A stretch of 64,000 nucleotides of DNA from Eledone cirrhosa (taxonomy: Eukaryota), in NCBI GenBank assembly GCA_964016885.1, contig OZ024742.1, positions 355,136,001 through 355,200,000 on the forward strand, written 5' to 3'. Every line of letters starts with the position of its first letter. The first letter of the stretch is position 1. Made by a program: the position numbers and the translations under genes. Positions 12,749-27,300 of this stretch are shown here, one piece after another. The notes beneath the pieces were generated by a model. That model worked only from the letters and a program-made list of their open reading frames with translations. It searched no databases and was not told where the DNA came from.

Positions 12749-13880
12749 TTCTGAGATGGAATGTTGCTGAACAGAAAGAAATGGATAGGAAGACTAGGAA
12801 GCTATTGACTATCTACAACATGTTCCACAAGAGGAGTGATGTCGATAGACTCTACCTAAGGAGATCTGAGGGTGGAAGAGGTCTTATCAGCATAGAGGAC
12901 TGTGTTGAGATGGAGAAAAACAACCTATACAAATACGTGACCTATAGTAAGGAGCCAATGCTCAGAGCTGTACTGAAGGAGGGGATAGTAGGCCAGGGGA
13001 TGTCCAGGGAGGAAATAACATCAAGGAGGAAGAGCAGCCTTAAGGGAAAACCCCGTCATAGTACCTTCTTTGAGAAAACTGAATTTAGAGATCCACAGAC
13101 ATGGAACTGGTTGAGAAGAGGAGACCTCAAAAAGGCTACAGAAGGAATACTAATGGCTGCGCAGGAGCAGGCCCTCAAAACGAAGTGGTTGAAGCACCAT
13201 ATCTACAAGGAGGAGGCCAGCCACTGTGCAGGATCTGTGGAGAGAGAGAGGAGACTGTGGCTCACATTGTGTCCGAGTGTAAACACCTAGCCCAGACCCA
13301 CTATAAGGGCTGGAGACACGATGTGATGGGCAGGGTGATCCACTGGCACCTGTGCAAAGTAAACAATCTACCACATTCTGAGAAATGGTATGAGCATAGG
13401 CCAGAGGCGGTGATGGAGAACAATCAGGTGAAGGTGCTGTGGGATTTTAGGATACAGACGGACAAAAAAAAAAAAACTGGAACACAATAGACCTGACCTG
13501 GTGGTTGTGGACAAAGAAAAAAGATCGTGCCTGATTGTGGATGTGGCCTGCCCGTTCGACACGAGAGTGCAAGAGAAGGAGAGGGAGAAAATTAACCGAT
13601 ACCAGGACCTAAAGTGGGAGGTGAAAAGGATTTGGAACTGCCATGAAGTCAAAGTGATCCCGATTGTCATAGGCGCACTGGGGACTATCTCCAAAAGTTT
13701 CCAGGGATGGTTAAAGAAAATCGGCCCCTTCACGCTTTTTGGAACGCTTCAAAAGGCATGCTTGCTTGGAACAGCAAGAACCCTCCGATACGTCCTGAAT
13801 ATCTGAGGCTGCAGGTAGTGGCTTGATATTCAATCCAACGGACTTTCCAGTTAACCAACATCAATGACTGAGATTCAAGG
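12748..13880 (+). mobile_element. R4/Dong family A, 5'-truncated copy 2 between (AAT)n tracts
   Basis: CCHC motif and RLE domain RPDLVVVDKEKRSCLIVDVACP...EKINRYQDL. Ends GATTCAAGG + (AAT)n. Confidence 0.92.
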
Positions 13881-13892
13881 AATAACAATAAC

Positions 13893-13931
<39 letters not shown>

Positions 13932-13933
<2 letters not shown>

Positions 13934-15266
13934 TTTCTTTATTAACCACAAGGGTTTACATAAAGTAGACATTAAGGACAGTGCAGGACAATGCAGGACG
14001 GTACAAATGGGCATTTCTGCGTGTAAAAAACAAAAACAGAGGATGTAACAAAAAATAACAATGAAAAATTCCCCAATAGGGGGGAGACTTCGGAGGGACA
14101 TTTGTGGAGAAAGCCCAGTAAAAAGCCACAATGACCCTGACCACCAAGGCAAGTGCCCTCTCCCAGTTTTCCACCTTTAATTTACAGATATATGCTCAGA
14201 GTAGGCCCATTCACTCGGGCCATTCTTGCTTCTCTCACCCATCTTTCAACAAAATGCTGGGAAGAGAGCACTTCCCTCTCTACTCTGATTTTCCTTTTCA
14301 AATGAAATTTGAAAAAGTCAATCAGAGCATCACCGAAGAGGTAAGTGCTCGTCTTCAGCCCTTTCAAACGTGTCCACCATACTATCTCTTTCGCCATGGC
14401 CACCAGGCAGATAAAAACTGCCTGCCCTTCCCGGCTAAAGGAGGAGGGCGGGGCAATCCTCACGATGGACTCAGATGATAGCCGGATCCGTCCTAAACGC
14501 GACAGCAGGTGTTCGACGTAAACCCACAAGTCAGCAATTTTCGGACACTGGACGAGTGCGTGCAGGACGGTTTCGTCGCCCTGCGCGCATCTCGGACATG
14601 CCCGGCTGACGGCACCTCCATGCCTGTAGAGTTTATCCCGAACTGGCAAGGCTCCTCGGTAGCACTGCCAGGCCAGAGATTTCTGGAAGTTGTCCATAGG
14701 CCCTGGCCCGAAAGTTCTTCCGAAGAGATTGGCTAGTTGATTTTCGTCGACGCCTAGAGTTTCCCCAAGTACGTCGTCGCTCTTCCCCTCCACTAATCCT
14801 CTATAGAACGCCGAGGTGGAGTTTCCACCGATCACATTGCCCGATTGGTCGAGGGCTGTGAGCGCCTGAAGACATTCCAGTCTCCAGGCGCTCCCTCTCA
14901 GTCTTCGCTTGACCCAGGACTGCAGCTCCGTCAAGGAAACGAGCTGGGGAAACACGCGTCTAGCAAACGGCGACCACACCTGATCACCGTCGAGGGAGAG
15001 GTGGAGATGTCGTAGCCTGAGCGCGTGCCTGCGCATCATCAGCCACGGCATGCCCAGCCCTCAACGTAGCGGGTGTTGACAACAGATGGACCGCCTGACC
15101 ATCGGAGCGCGTCCCTTCCACAAAAAGCGAAAGAGCAAACGCTCCAGCACAGTCAGGCGAGGCTTAGGACAAGGTACGACGGTCAGGCGGTAGCAGATGA
15201 CGGACGCGATGTACGCGTTAGCCACCTCCGCTCGACCTTTCAGGGATAGCTTCCTCTCGGCCCATT
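13932..15266 (-). mobile_element. Tx1 element, 5'-truncated copy B (same family as A)
   Basis: ORF 14182-15051 with CPRC..ETVLHALVQC. 3' UTR colinear with 5330-5575. (AAT)n tail. Confidence 0.93.
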
Positions 15267-15267
15267 A

Positions 15268-18200
15268 TGCTTTCTTTATTGGCCACAATGCTTTCTTTAT
15301 TGGCCACAAGGGCTAGCACGAAGAAAAACATTAGAATCGGCACAGAACAGTACAGGACGATACAAAGTAGGTTTTAGTCGTGTAAACAGGTTATAACAAA
15401 ATTGGACCAGAAATTAAAAAAAATTCAAACAACAAACATTCCCGAAATAGGGAGAAACCTCCGAATGTCACTCATGGCGAAAACCACACAAAAAAGCCAC
15501 GGCCACCTTGACCACAAGTGCAAGCGCCCTCTCTCAATTTTCCCACTCCTAAGTCTACAGGCGGATACTCAGAACGGGCCGGTTGACTCGGTCAGACTCG
15601 CTATTTTCACCCACCTTTCAACAAACTTACTAGAAGACAGCACTTGCTAGATTTTCCTCTTCAAGTGAATATGAAATAGTTAATCCGGGATTGGCCGAAG
15701 AGGAAAGTGTCTGTCTTCAACCCTTTCAACCTTGTCCACCACACAATCTCCATGGCCACCAGGCAGGTGAACTGCCTGCCCTTCCTCCTCTATAAAGGAG
15801 GATGGCGGGGCTATCTGCAGCATGGTCTCAGTCGATATCTGGATCCGTTCTACACGCGACAGCAGCTGTTCGAGATAGCTCCAAAAGTGAGCAATCCTCG
15901 GGTACTGAACGAGTGCGTGCAGGACGGTTCGTCGCCCCGCGCGCATCTCGCATAGGCTCGGCTGACCGCACCTCCGTGTCTGTAGAGCTTATCCCGAACC
16001 GGCAACGCTCCCCAGTAGCGCTGCCAGGCTAGAGCTTTCTGGATGTTGTCCATGGGACCCGGTCTGAAAATTCTCTTGAGACAGAGCGAACAGCTGATAT
16101 TCTTCGACGCCCAGGGTCATCCCGAGATCGCCGTCGCTCTTTATCTCCACTTGCCCTCTATAGAACGCTAAGGGGGTGTTCCACCGATACTACTGCCCAG
16201 CTGGTAGTGGGTGGTGAGCGTTTGGAGACATTCCAGCTTCCAAGCGCTATCTCTCGGTCTTTTCCTGTTCCAGCACTGCAGCTCTGTTAAGGAGACGAGC
16301 TGGGGAAAAGCACGTCTGGCAAACGGCGACCACAAGAGTTCACTGGCAAGGAAGCACCAGAGATGTCGCAGCCTCAGCGCATGTTTGCGCATCATCAGCC
16401 AGGGCATGCCTAGTCCTCGACGCAATGTTTGTTGACAGAAAATGCATCGTCTAACCATCGGAGCACGTCCCTTCCACAAAAAAAGCTGAAGAGATGGTGC
16501 TCCATTTTGGTCAGAGTAGTTTGGGGGGAATGTACGACGGTCAGGCAGTTGCAGATGACGGACGCTATGTACGCATTCACAACCTCCACCCGGCCTTTCA
16601 GAGACAGCCTCCTCTCGGCCAATTTCTGGTTGTGAGAGGCCACCCTGCTGGTCATTTCGCTCCAGTTTTTCTCCATCTTGAGTTCTGGACTGAAACAGAT
16701 CCCGAGCAATTTAACCTGTCCTTCCGTCCAGCGCCCCACGACGCTGTCGGACGGCATAGAATTGCTTCTCCAGGTGCCAAGTTGCAAGCCCACAGACATT
16801 CAATAGTTTATCTTTGCTCCTGTCACCGCTTCGTATTCCTTCAGAGAGGTGCCGAGCATCTGGTGGTATTTGGTGCTCGACACCACCACCGTGACGTCGT
16901 CGGCGTAAGCTGGGACGGATCTCCCGCATCCCAGTTCGCGTGGGACAAACCTCATCGTCTCCAGTGTGTGCAATAACGGCTCTATGGCCAGTACGTACAA
17001 CAGGAACGAGAGGTGGAAACCCTGGCAGACCGGGTGCATGATGCTGAAAGGCTGCGACAGCTGACTATTTACCCTCACAATCGAGCAGATGTCACTGTGC
17101 ATCGCAGCGATCTAGCCACTAAAATAGGGCCCGAAGCCGGCCGCCCGAGTACCACAGCCAGGCACCGTTGGTCGAACCTATCAAATCATTTAGATTGATC
17201 CAAGTTGTTCCGGGTACCACCTTAACCACCCTCTCTATGATGTATCGCATGAGATGGAGGTGGTTGTGGATGGATCTGTCCGGGATAGCGCATGTCAGCA
17301 CCATTCCCACCAGATCACCGACGCCAAACGTCAATCTCTTTGCTAAAACCTTTTCCAAAATCTTAACTCTGCGTTTAGCAGAGTTATGGTCCTGAAGTTG
17401 TCTATAATGTTCCCCTTGTTCGAGTCTTTTCTCAGCAGCGCCATGACTCCCCGGTTCACAAAACTGGGAGTGCTCCCGTTCTGCTACCAGTTGCAGTAGA
17501 CATCTGCCAAGAGGTCGCCGAACAAGTCTGGCATATACGCATAACGCTCGTAGGATAGACCATCCATCTCGTGCAGTCAGATATCGCTTCCCGTATTTCA
17601 CCTGCGCTGCGGTCGTTAGAACCGGGACAGTCCGTTGAGGTATGCACCGAAATCCATACTCCGATCCGGCCCGCCGCCTCTCCCGAACAATTGAGCAAAG
17701 AGCTGTTGAAAAGCCGCACACATCTACTCGGGTTCGAGCAACATGCTGTTGTTGACGATCGCATCCTTCATCGCACGCTTAACTAATTCGCTAATCTGGT
17801 CTCTGTAAGCTTTGCGCGCCGGGAACGACGGGTTCAGCTTCCAGTAACGGGGTCCTTGCCTATGGAGTCTATCTAAGTCAACTTCACAGATCACAAACTT
17901 ATGGTCCGTGTAGACGACTACTTTAAATTGTGGACAACCTACACCAGCCTTATCTTTTTCCCTACAGAATACCCTATCTAAATACGATATGGATGACCCG
18001 ATGCAGTTTGCCCATGCCCACATTGGCACATTCGGATAATCCAGTCACACATTTCAACACCACTGATCAGGTTGTTGAGGCTTTTACACCCTCCTGCCTT
18101 GTCTACGAGCCCCACATAATCCCAGCGTGCATCTAAGATACCGTTTCAGTCGCCCACTAACACTAAAGAGCGGGACATTCCAAGAAAGTTCTCTAGACGT

Positions 18201-19020
18201 CTGAAGATGTCTGGCCGTCCTGCCCCTGTTGGGGCGTAGACCGCTACTAGACTAGCCTGAAAGCATTGCCTTCGCTGCCGGTCACGTCCAGCACCACTGA
18301 CTTACCTTCTGGGTCCAGGAAGATGGCCCGTATGGCGAGATCCAAACCTCTCCGAAACAGCACCGCAACCCCTCCCCCCGATCCTGGACGGCTAGTATAT
18401 ACTTATACATCGTAGCCGCCGAAGATCCGTGAAAAGGCTCGTGCTTTGAAGATTCTGGTCTTGCTGATGGCCACCACATCTATGTTTAGTGAACTGAGGT
18501 CGTGGAGCAGGTGACCCTGCTTCCAAGATGACCCCATGCCACGTACATTTATACTGCCTATTCTAAGTACGGCCATGTTGGATAATAAACGGTGTAAGTG
18601 AGAAAGGATCACTTACTTTGATCCTGTGGTGAAGGGACAGTAGAACTGTCCCTTTGGCTGGTCATGGGTGTTTCCAAGGATCTCGGTGTATATCCTCTTG
18701 GTAACCGACCCTCGGAAATCTCCAACTGCGATGGGGAATTTTTGTTTTAAAAGTTTATAATGTTCTATTTTGATTTCAATGATGCTTATGTTTATCGGGA
18801 GAGTTCTTGGTATTGGTGGGATGTAGTAGTTTGTTTCTGTGATGTCTGTGTGCTGCTTTATATGTTGGAAGAGTTCTTTATTTGCCATGTTTATGGCGGT
18901 ATACTTATGGCAGGGAGGGATGATTTTGTTGCCGTTTTTCTTGTTGTTGATGTTGGGTGTGTGTGTTTTGTTGTGTTTGTGATGTTGGTGTTTTTGGTGA
19001 TGCTGATAGTGGTGGTGTTG
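15268..19020 (-). mobile_element. Tx1 element, divergent family (copy C): ORF2 with an internal deletion, plus the end of ORF1
   Basis: IGSINVRGMG, YLDRVF, TDH, YADD and C-terminal region homologous to copy A, but a different 3' UTR. Deletion near 17745. Confidence 0.88.
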
Positions 19021-21290
19021 CTGCAAGTCTCCTTATCTTCAGGATATAGGAAGATGGCCTGTATGGCGAAATTCAAGCCTCTCCGGAAAAACACAGCAAC
19101 TCCTCTCCCTGACCCTGGACGGCTGGGGAATGCGTATACATCGTAGCCGCCGAAGATCGGTGTGAAGGCTCGTTCTTAGGGGATTTTGTTCTCGCTGATG
19201 GCCACCACATCTATGTTTAGTGACCTGAGGTCATTGAGCAGGTGGCCCGGCTTCCATGAAACCCATGCAAGCTGCCTATTCTGAGTAATGTCATGTTGAA
19301 AAGGAATGGAAAAAGATGGGAAAGACCACTTACCTCACTTCTTGTGGAGGAAGGATGGTTTTTCATTCCTCTCACTGTTTGTGGTTCTCTACGAAATTAT
19401 GTCTTTATACATCCTCCTGGAGAATGTTTGTCGGAAGTCTCCGATGTCCTTGGGAAATTTAAATTTTAGTATTGTGTATGTTTTCTGTGTGATGCGAGGG
19501 ATTTGTATGTGTAGGGATGGTGTGAATGTTTGTGGTGTTGTATAGTATTTTTTTATGTAATGCTGGTGTTGTGTTGGATGTAATATAATAATTGGTTGTT
19601 CAAATTTGGTTGTTCAAATTTAATGCTATGTAACGTGTGTCGTTTTGCTTATTTTGTTTTGTTTGCGTTTGTTGTGGGTTTGTTTCTGTTTCGCTTGTTG
19701 GGGATTTTTGTGGTTTTGGTGATGGTGGTGTTGGGGTTAATGATGGTAATGGTGTTGGTGTTCGTGGTGATGGGGCTGGTAATGCTGTGGGTGGTGGCAT
19801 AGCTGTCTTAACCTTTTTGTTAGTTTGTTTCGTCCTTCATTTTGTTTTTGGGAGCAAAGGAAGAGGATTTTTTCTTTTTTTTTCTTTTTTCCTGATACAG
19901 TTTCCCACTCCTCCTCGTCGTCATAGTCTGTCTCCAGTCGCGATATATCGAGGAGGGGAAATTCGTCCACAGGCGTTGGTTTTGGTTGTGGCGTGGTGGA
20001 GGCGCTGGTGCTAATTCTGGCGCGGTGGCTGGTGTTGGTGTTGATTTTGCTAATGTTGCTGTTACAGTTGATGCGGTCGTTGCTGCTACAGTTGCTTCTG
20101 TTGTTGCTGCTGCAGTCGTTGCTGCCATTTCTGCTGCTGGTTTTGATGGTTAGTCACTGGGGTGGATAGGGAGGTATCCTCAACATTTTAGCCTGAGGGC
20201 AGGAAGACATTAGATGGGATCCTTCGCCACAAACGACACATCTAGGCCTTCTACCATCACCGAATACGGTGAGGTGGCTCCGTCATTGAGCTCTATCACC
20301 TCTGGAATTTCCTGTATGTTCTTTTGTTTGGCTTGGATCAGGAGCTCCATCCCAAATCCGGACATGTTCTCCTGCTTTAGTTTTATCACCTCAATTACTT
20401 TAATGTTTGCTTCGATATCGGCGAGGACGGCATCCATTAGCCAGGGAATGTCAATGGCCGGCGGAACCTGAGTTACCTTGATCCTTACCAGACTCTGTCC
20501 ACAATAGCTTGGGACGAGTGTGAACTCGTCACTTTTTAATGGGGCCATGGAGTGCTCTCTGGCTTCCTGTGGGGTTCCAAAGAACAAGTCCACGGTTCTA
20601 TATTGTTGCCACATCTGATGTGGGCTTTTTGATTCTGGGACTCGGATGCACGTTCCACTTGGCGTGTTCTAATGTTTATCGTGCGATATGACACGGTACA
20701 TAGGCGTCGATTGTCCATGGTATTAATGGGGTGAGACTGAATCTGTAACCATATGTTTTTACCATCCGGTTGGCGTCATTCATTTTTCCTAGCTTACTTC
20801 AAGCGTTTCATTTTTGTTTGCCACTTTAGCAAACGACACATTTGGTTTTGCGCTGGTGTTGCTGCTGTTGTTGTTATTGTCATTTTTGTTATTATTATTT
20901 TTAGTTTCAGTTGTGGTGGTGGTGTCAATTGGCGTTCGGCGTGGAAGAGTCGATTTTCGGAGAATCCATTTCGATATCACGAGATAATAATTTTTTTTTT
21001 TCAGTTGATGCTGGGGTGGTGGGAGATGTTAGTCTGTTCGAAAAGCTGTCAGCAGAATTTGGTAGCTGAATGCCGTCCATGCTTTTTTAAAATATTTTTT
21101 TTTAATAAATATAAAGTTTAAAATTTGGGCTCAAGGCCCCAATATTATTGAGTGTCCTTTTCAGAAAGCAATATATGTGAACTTATAAACAGTTACCAAC
21201 AAACATTTTCTACAACTGATGAGTTGAAACAACTGAAAACAACAAACCCTTTTGGAGCTCACGATAATACGATTTCCTACGTAGGTCGCC
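19021..21290 (-). mobile_element. Tx1 element 5' part (copy D): 5' UTR, ORF1 and start of ORF2
   Basis: Colinear with about 8700-11211. Same 5' terminus GGCGACCTACGTAG. Confidence 0.88.
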
Positions 21291-23360
21291 ATTGATTAAA
21301 GACCGAATCAAGGGTAATGATGTTACCAACTATAGACCTATCACATGTCTGTCCGTAATGTGGAAACTGTTGACAAGCATTATGTCTGAGGAAATCTACC
21401 ATCATCTCCACACAAACAACTTGTTACCGGACGAACAGAAAGGATGCCAAAAGAAGTCACGTGGTACAAAGGACCAGTTACTTATTGATAAGATGGTAAT
21501 GAGGAATTACAAGAGGAGACACACTGGTCTTGCCATGCGATGGATAGACTGCAAAAAGGCATTTGACATGGTGCCTCATTCTTGGATCACCAAAAGCCTG
21601 GAGATCTTCAATGTGGCAGATAACATCAGACAGTTGTTGGGCAAAAGTATGAAGTCCTGGGAAACAGAGTTGACATCAACTGGAGAATCCTTGGGAAGCG
21701 TGAAGATCAAGAGAGGTATCTTCCAGGGAGATAGTCTGTCGCCTCTGTTGTTTGTCCTTACCCTGATGCCCTGACCAGTGTACTGCGAGAAGTGAGAGCA
21801 GGATACAGGTTGGGAAATGGAGGGCTTACCATCAATCACCTCCTCTTCATGGACGATCTTAAGCTCTTCGGGAAGAGTGAGAAGGAGTTGGATGTGCTTG
21901 TTGACACTGTCCGTATTTTCAGCAATGATATATGTATGCAGTTTGGTATTAGTAAGTTGGAGTCATTGTGATGAAGAGGGGTAAGTTGAGCAGAAGTGAC
22001 GGAATCCAGGTACCAACAGGTGAGATGATAAAGGAAATTGACTCTGAAGAAGGATACAAGTATTTGGGCGTTCTGGAGGCTGATGACACCAAGAACAAAA
22101 AAATGAAGGAATTGATAAGAACTGAATACATTCGGAGAGTAAGGAGCGTATTAAAGTCACATCTGAACAGTAGGAATGCCATAAGTGCAGTACATTCTCG
22201 AGCTGTGTCTATTATTAGGTACAGTGCGGGAATTCTGATATGGAATGTTGCTGAACAAAAAGAAATGGATAGGAAGACAAGGAAGCTATTGACTATCTAC
22301 AGCATGTTCCACAAGAGGAGTGATGTCGATACACTCTACTTAAGGAGATCTGAAGGTGGAAGAGTTGTTATCAGCATAGAGGACTGTGTTCAGATGGAGA
22401 AAAACAGCCTACACAAATACCTTACTGATAGTAAGGAGCCAATGCTCAGAATTGTACTGAAAGAGAGGACAATAGACCAGGGGATGTCCAAGGAGGAAAT
22501 AACAACGAGGAGTAAGAGCAACCTTCATGACAAATCCCTTCATAGTACCTTCTTTGAGAAAACTGAATTTAGAGATCCACAGACATGGAACTGTTTGAAA
22601 AGAGGAGACCTTAAAAAGGCTACAGAAGGAATGTTAATGGTTGCGCAAGAGCAGGCCCTCAAAACGAAGTGGTTGAAATACCATATTTACAAGTATGAGT
22701 CTAGCCCACTGTGCAGGATCTGTGGAGAGAGAGAGAGGTGACTGTGGCTCACATTGTATCCGAGTGTAAACACCTAGCCCAGACTCACTATAAGGGCTGG
22801 AGACATGATGTGATGGGCAGGATAATCCACTTCACTTATGCAAAGTAAACAATTTACCACATTCTGAGAAGTCGCATGAGCATAAGCCAGAGGCGGTGAT
22901 AGAAAACGATCAGGTGAAGGTGCTGTGGGATTTTAGAATACAGACGGACAAGAAACTTGAACACAATAGACCTGACCAGGTGGTTGTGAACAAAGAAAAA
23001 AACATCGTGCCTGATTATGGATGTGGCCCGCCCATTCGACACGAGAGTGCAAGAGAAGGAGAGGGAGAAAATTAACCGATACCAGGACTTAAAGTGGGAG
23101 GTAAAAAGGATTTGGAACTGCCATGAACTCAAAGTGATCCCGATTGTCATAGGCGCACTAGGGACTATCTCAAAAAGTTTCCAGGGATGGTTAAAGAAAA
23201 TTGGCCCCCTCACGCTTTTTGGAACGCTTCAAAAAGCATGCTTGCTGGGAACAGCAAGAACCCTACGATACCTCCTGAATATCTGAGGCTGCTGGTAGTG
23301 GCTTGATATTCATTTCAACATAGTTTCCAATTAACTAACATCAATGACTGAGACTCAAAG
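21291..23360 (+). mobile_element. R4/Dong family A, 5'-truncated copy 3
   Basis: NYRPITCL, KKAFDMVPH, GIFQGDSLSP, FMDDLKL, YKYLG, CCHC and RLE motifs. Ends GACTCAAAG + (AAT)n. Confidence 0.92.
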
Positions 23361-23361
23361 A

Positions 23362-23363
<2 letters not shown>

Positions 23364-23432
<69 letters not shown>
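23364..23432. repeat. (AAT)n microsatellite
   Basis: Direct reading. Confidence 0.97.
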
Positions 23433-23433
<1 letters not shown>

Positions 23434-23444
23434 CATAAGGGAAG

Positions 23445-24240
23445 AAGACGCACGAGGTGGCGGAGGTCATGAAATCGCTCCCGTAAGTTTTGAATTTTTA
23501 ACATATTTAAATCATTTGTGAAATAACAACTCTTAGTACAAATGCTACGTAATGCACCCGGCTTGAGCCCCAAAAAATTCGGACCCAAAATGTATTGTTA
23601 TAAGGCTCAAATATTCAAATATTCAACTTTGTATTGTACACTGTATATCCAAAAAAGAAAATGGCTATAAATGGAAGAAGAACCCCCCCCCCCTCCTCTC
23701 CTCTGTCTACACTATATAGAACAGCCAAACTCACCAACACCAGAAACTAGATACACCACCCACCCCATCACCTGTGTACACTAAACACGACAGCCAGATA
23801 ACGGCATTTTCACGACCACCGCTCACTACGGCCACCATTACCACCATTATCCCATCACCGCCGCCACCACCCCTTCACTCCTTCACTGCTACCACCGCCA
23901 CAGCACCATCACTACAGTAATACGGTCACATCACCGCCACCACTGCCTCGGTATCGACATCACCACCACCACTGTCTCAGTATCGCTACCGCCGCCAGTC
24001 TACCACTTCTATCGGCTGGCTGCTGCCACCACATTATAGAATCCCTACTGCTAAAAAAGAGGAAGACATCAAAATATATAGATAGACTCAAAAGAAAAAA
24101 GAAAAAACAAACAACAAAACCAAAGCAGCACAGCAACAACAGCAAAAAACGAGAAAAACAAACAGAGAAAAACAAAAACAAAAAGAAAAAGAAAAAAAGA
24201 AAAAAAACCCAAAAAACGTAAAGAAAATAAGAATGAAGAG
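23445..24240 (+). mobile_element. Possible 5' UTR and decayed ORF1 start of another Tx1-like element
   Basis: Layout resembles the Tx1 5' end: GAC.CACG...GCTCC, A-run then ATGGCT, ACC/CAC-rich low-complexity sequence, then an A-rich Lys-like tract. Confidence 0.3.
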
Positions 24241-24399
24241 AGAAGCAGGCGGACGGACAGAGAAGAGGGGGGAAAAACTAAAACTTAAAAAACAAAAACT
24301 AAGTCAGACATTCGAACACTACATTACAATGAAACTTATGCTTATTCATTTTTGGGGCCCTTTCTGCATGTGTGTTTGTTTGTTTATGTGTGTTCGTAT

Positions 24400-27300
24400 A
24401 CAGCGTGGTGATAATGCCACACAAGGGCCAAGTGGAATGGCGGATCCACAGATGGCTATGTAACCATACATTCGCCAATCCTCGATAAGAGTGTTTAAAT
24501 ATCGAACATAAACAGTTCGAATAACGGTGAAATGAAGACTAGTACGTCATGTGACAGACTCTCACCCAACAGGTGCCCCCTGGCTCAGCAGCAGAAACCT
24601 GACTGTCAACCAGATACTGCTGATGTTGGAGGAAGGAGAAGAAGGAAAGGGGCCAGAACCAACTGGACGAAAGAATTGAATAGAACTGTTATGCAATGTT
24701 ACCTGAAAAGTAACCCCAAGGAGAGGGGCTACAGGAGATGGATGCATAACATCTGGAACGAGATTGGTTTATTTAAATTAGATGAACAAAAATTGGCCGG
24801 GTAGGCTCGGGTAATAAGAACTAATGGGTGGATAAGCGAGCTGGAACTGGAGGAACTGAGCAGAGAGAATGGCTTGGAGATGGCGGGTGTAGTATGCCAG
24901 ACAAGCGAGTCAGTGTGAAATGAAGGTGAAGAGGTCCTGAGAACGGAGGAACCAACCGAAGCAGACAATGATCTGAATACTGAGATAAATAATACCTGGA
25001 ACAGAGATACGGCCACTGAGGAGATGAATGCTGACGGGCTAGGACAAGATTCGGTTGACATCCTAAATTTAGTGGTAGATGAATTGAACAATGATAGTGG
25101 GAGACCTATGAACCTAAGATTTGTAGACAGGAAAAAGTTAAAAGAAACAACAGCTAAGGTAAACAAAGTCATCCCATACCTTGAGGCGAGGAGCCTTCAC
25201 CAGTGCAACAATATCCTCAAAGCAACAGCAAATACGGTGAGGAAACTACTTGGTATAAAAGCGAGAGGAAACAACAGACAAGAAAGAGCAGAGCCGTGGT
25301 GGAAGAAGCGACTGAGTGGGCAAATCGGGGAAATGAGAAATGACATAGGAAAGTTCGAGTCACTACTGAATGGGACACTAAAAACATAGGCACTAAAAAT
25401 AGACTGGAAATAAAACACAAAACTAGGAGGAAAAAGCTAAATATTATCATAGAGGAACTGAAGCAACGCATTGTAGCAAAGAGTGCAAAAATCAGGCGAT
25501 ACGAGAACAGAGACAGTCAGTATAAACAGAACCGCATGTTCGACAACAACCAGAAGATGCTGTTTGGACAGCTTGAGGGGAAAGAAAGAGGCAACGACTT
25601 GATCCCTGGGGCGGAGCAAACTAAAACATTCTGGAGAGGAATATGGGAGCAGGATGTTAGACATAATGTCCAGGCAGGGTGGATTGAAACAGTACAGAGG
25701 GAGATCGGTGAGCAGGCACAACAACAAACTGATTTGAGTATCACAGTTGAAACTCTTAAGGGGCAGGCCAAAAAACTAACCAAATGGAAATCACCAGGCC
25801 CAGATGGTGTGCAGGGGTATTGGATTAAACATTTAACATCCCTCCACCCGAAGCTGACGGCCATGTTCAATGACTGCTTGGTGTCGGGTGAGGTGCCAGA
25901 GTGGTTGACAAAAGGTACCACAGTTCTGATAATGAAAGACCGAATCAAGGGTAATGATGTTACCAACTATAGACCTATCACATGTCTGTCCGTAATGTGG
26001 AAACTGTTGACGAGCAATGTGTCTGAGGAAATCTACCATCACCTCCACACAAACAACTTGTTACCGGACGAACAGAAAGGATGCCGAAAGAAGTCACGTG
26101 GTACAAAGGACCAGTTACTTATTGATAAGATGGTAATGGGGAATTGCAGGAGGAGACACACTGATCTTGCCATGGGATGGATAGACTACAGAAAGGCATT
26201 TGACATGGTGCCTCATTCTTGGATCACCAAAAGCCTGGAGATCTTCAGGGTGGCAGATAACATCAGACAGTTGCTAGGCAGGAGTATGGGGTCCTGGGAG
26301 ACAGAGTTGACATCAACTGGAGTATCCTTGGGAAGCGTGAAGTTCAAGAGAGGTATCTTCCAGGGAGATAGCCTGTGCCCTCTGTTGTTTGTCCTTGCCC
26401 TGATGCCCTTGACCATTATGCTGCGAAAAGTGAGAGCAGGATACAAGTTAGGAAGGGGAGAGCTTACCATCAATCACCTCCGCTTCATGGACGATCTTAA
26501 GCTCTTCGGGAAAAGTGAGAAGGAGTTGGATGTGCTTCTTGACACTGTCCGTATTTTAAGCAGTGATATATGTATACAGTTTGGTATTGGTAAATGTGGA
26601 GTCATTGTGATGAGGAGGGGTAGGTTGAGCAGAAGTAACGGGATCCAGATACCAACAGGTGAGATGATAAAGGAAATTGACTCTGAGGAAGGATACAAGT
26701 ATTTGGTCGTTCTGGAGGCTGATGGCATAAAGAACAAAAAAATGAAGGAATTGTTAAGAACTGAATACATTCGGAGAGTAAGGAGCGTATTGAAGTCACA
26801 TCTGAACAGCAGAAATGCCATAAGTGCAGTATATTCCCGAGCTGTGTCTATTACTAGGTACAGTGCGGGAATTCTGAGATGGAATGTTGCTGAACAAAAA
26901 GAAATGGATAGGAAGACTAGGAAGCTATTGACAATCTACAACATGTTCCACAAGAGGAGTGATGTCGATAGACTCTACCTAAGGAGATATGTGGGTGGAA
27001 GAGGTCTTATCAGCATAGAGGACTGTGTTCAGATGGAGAAAAACAACCTATACAAATACGTGACCTATAGTAAGGAGCCAATGCTCAGAACTGTACTGAA
27101 GGAGGGGACAGTAGGCCAGGGGATGTCCAAGGAGGAAATAACATCAAGGAGGAAGAGCAGCATTAAGGGAAAATCCCTTCATAGTACCTTCTTTGAGAAA
27201 ACTGAATTTAGAGATCCACAGACATGGAACTGGTTGAGAAGAGGAGACCTCAAAAAGGCTACAGAAGGAATGCTAATGGCTGCGCAGGAGCAGGCCCTCA

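Noticed and set aside
21215-21245. CTGATGA-GTTG-aaa-CAAC-TGAAA motif
   Set aside because: Extra base before GAAA, no stem III, antisense to the Tx1 5' UTR, and not conserved in copy A.
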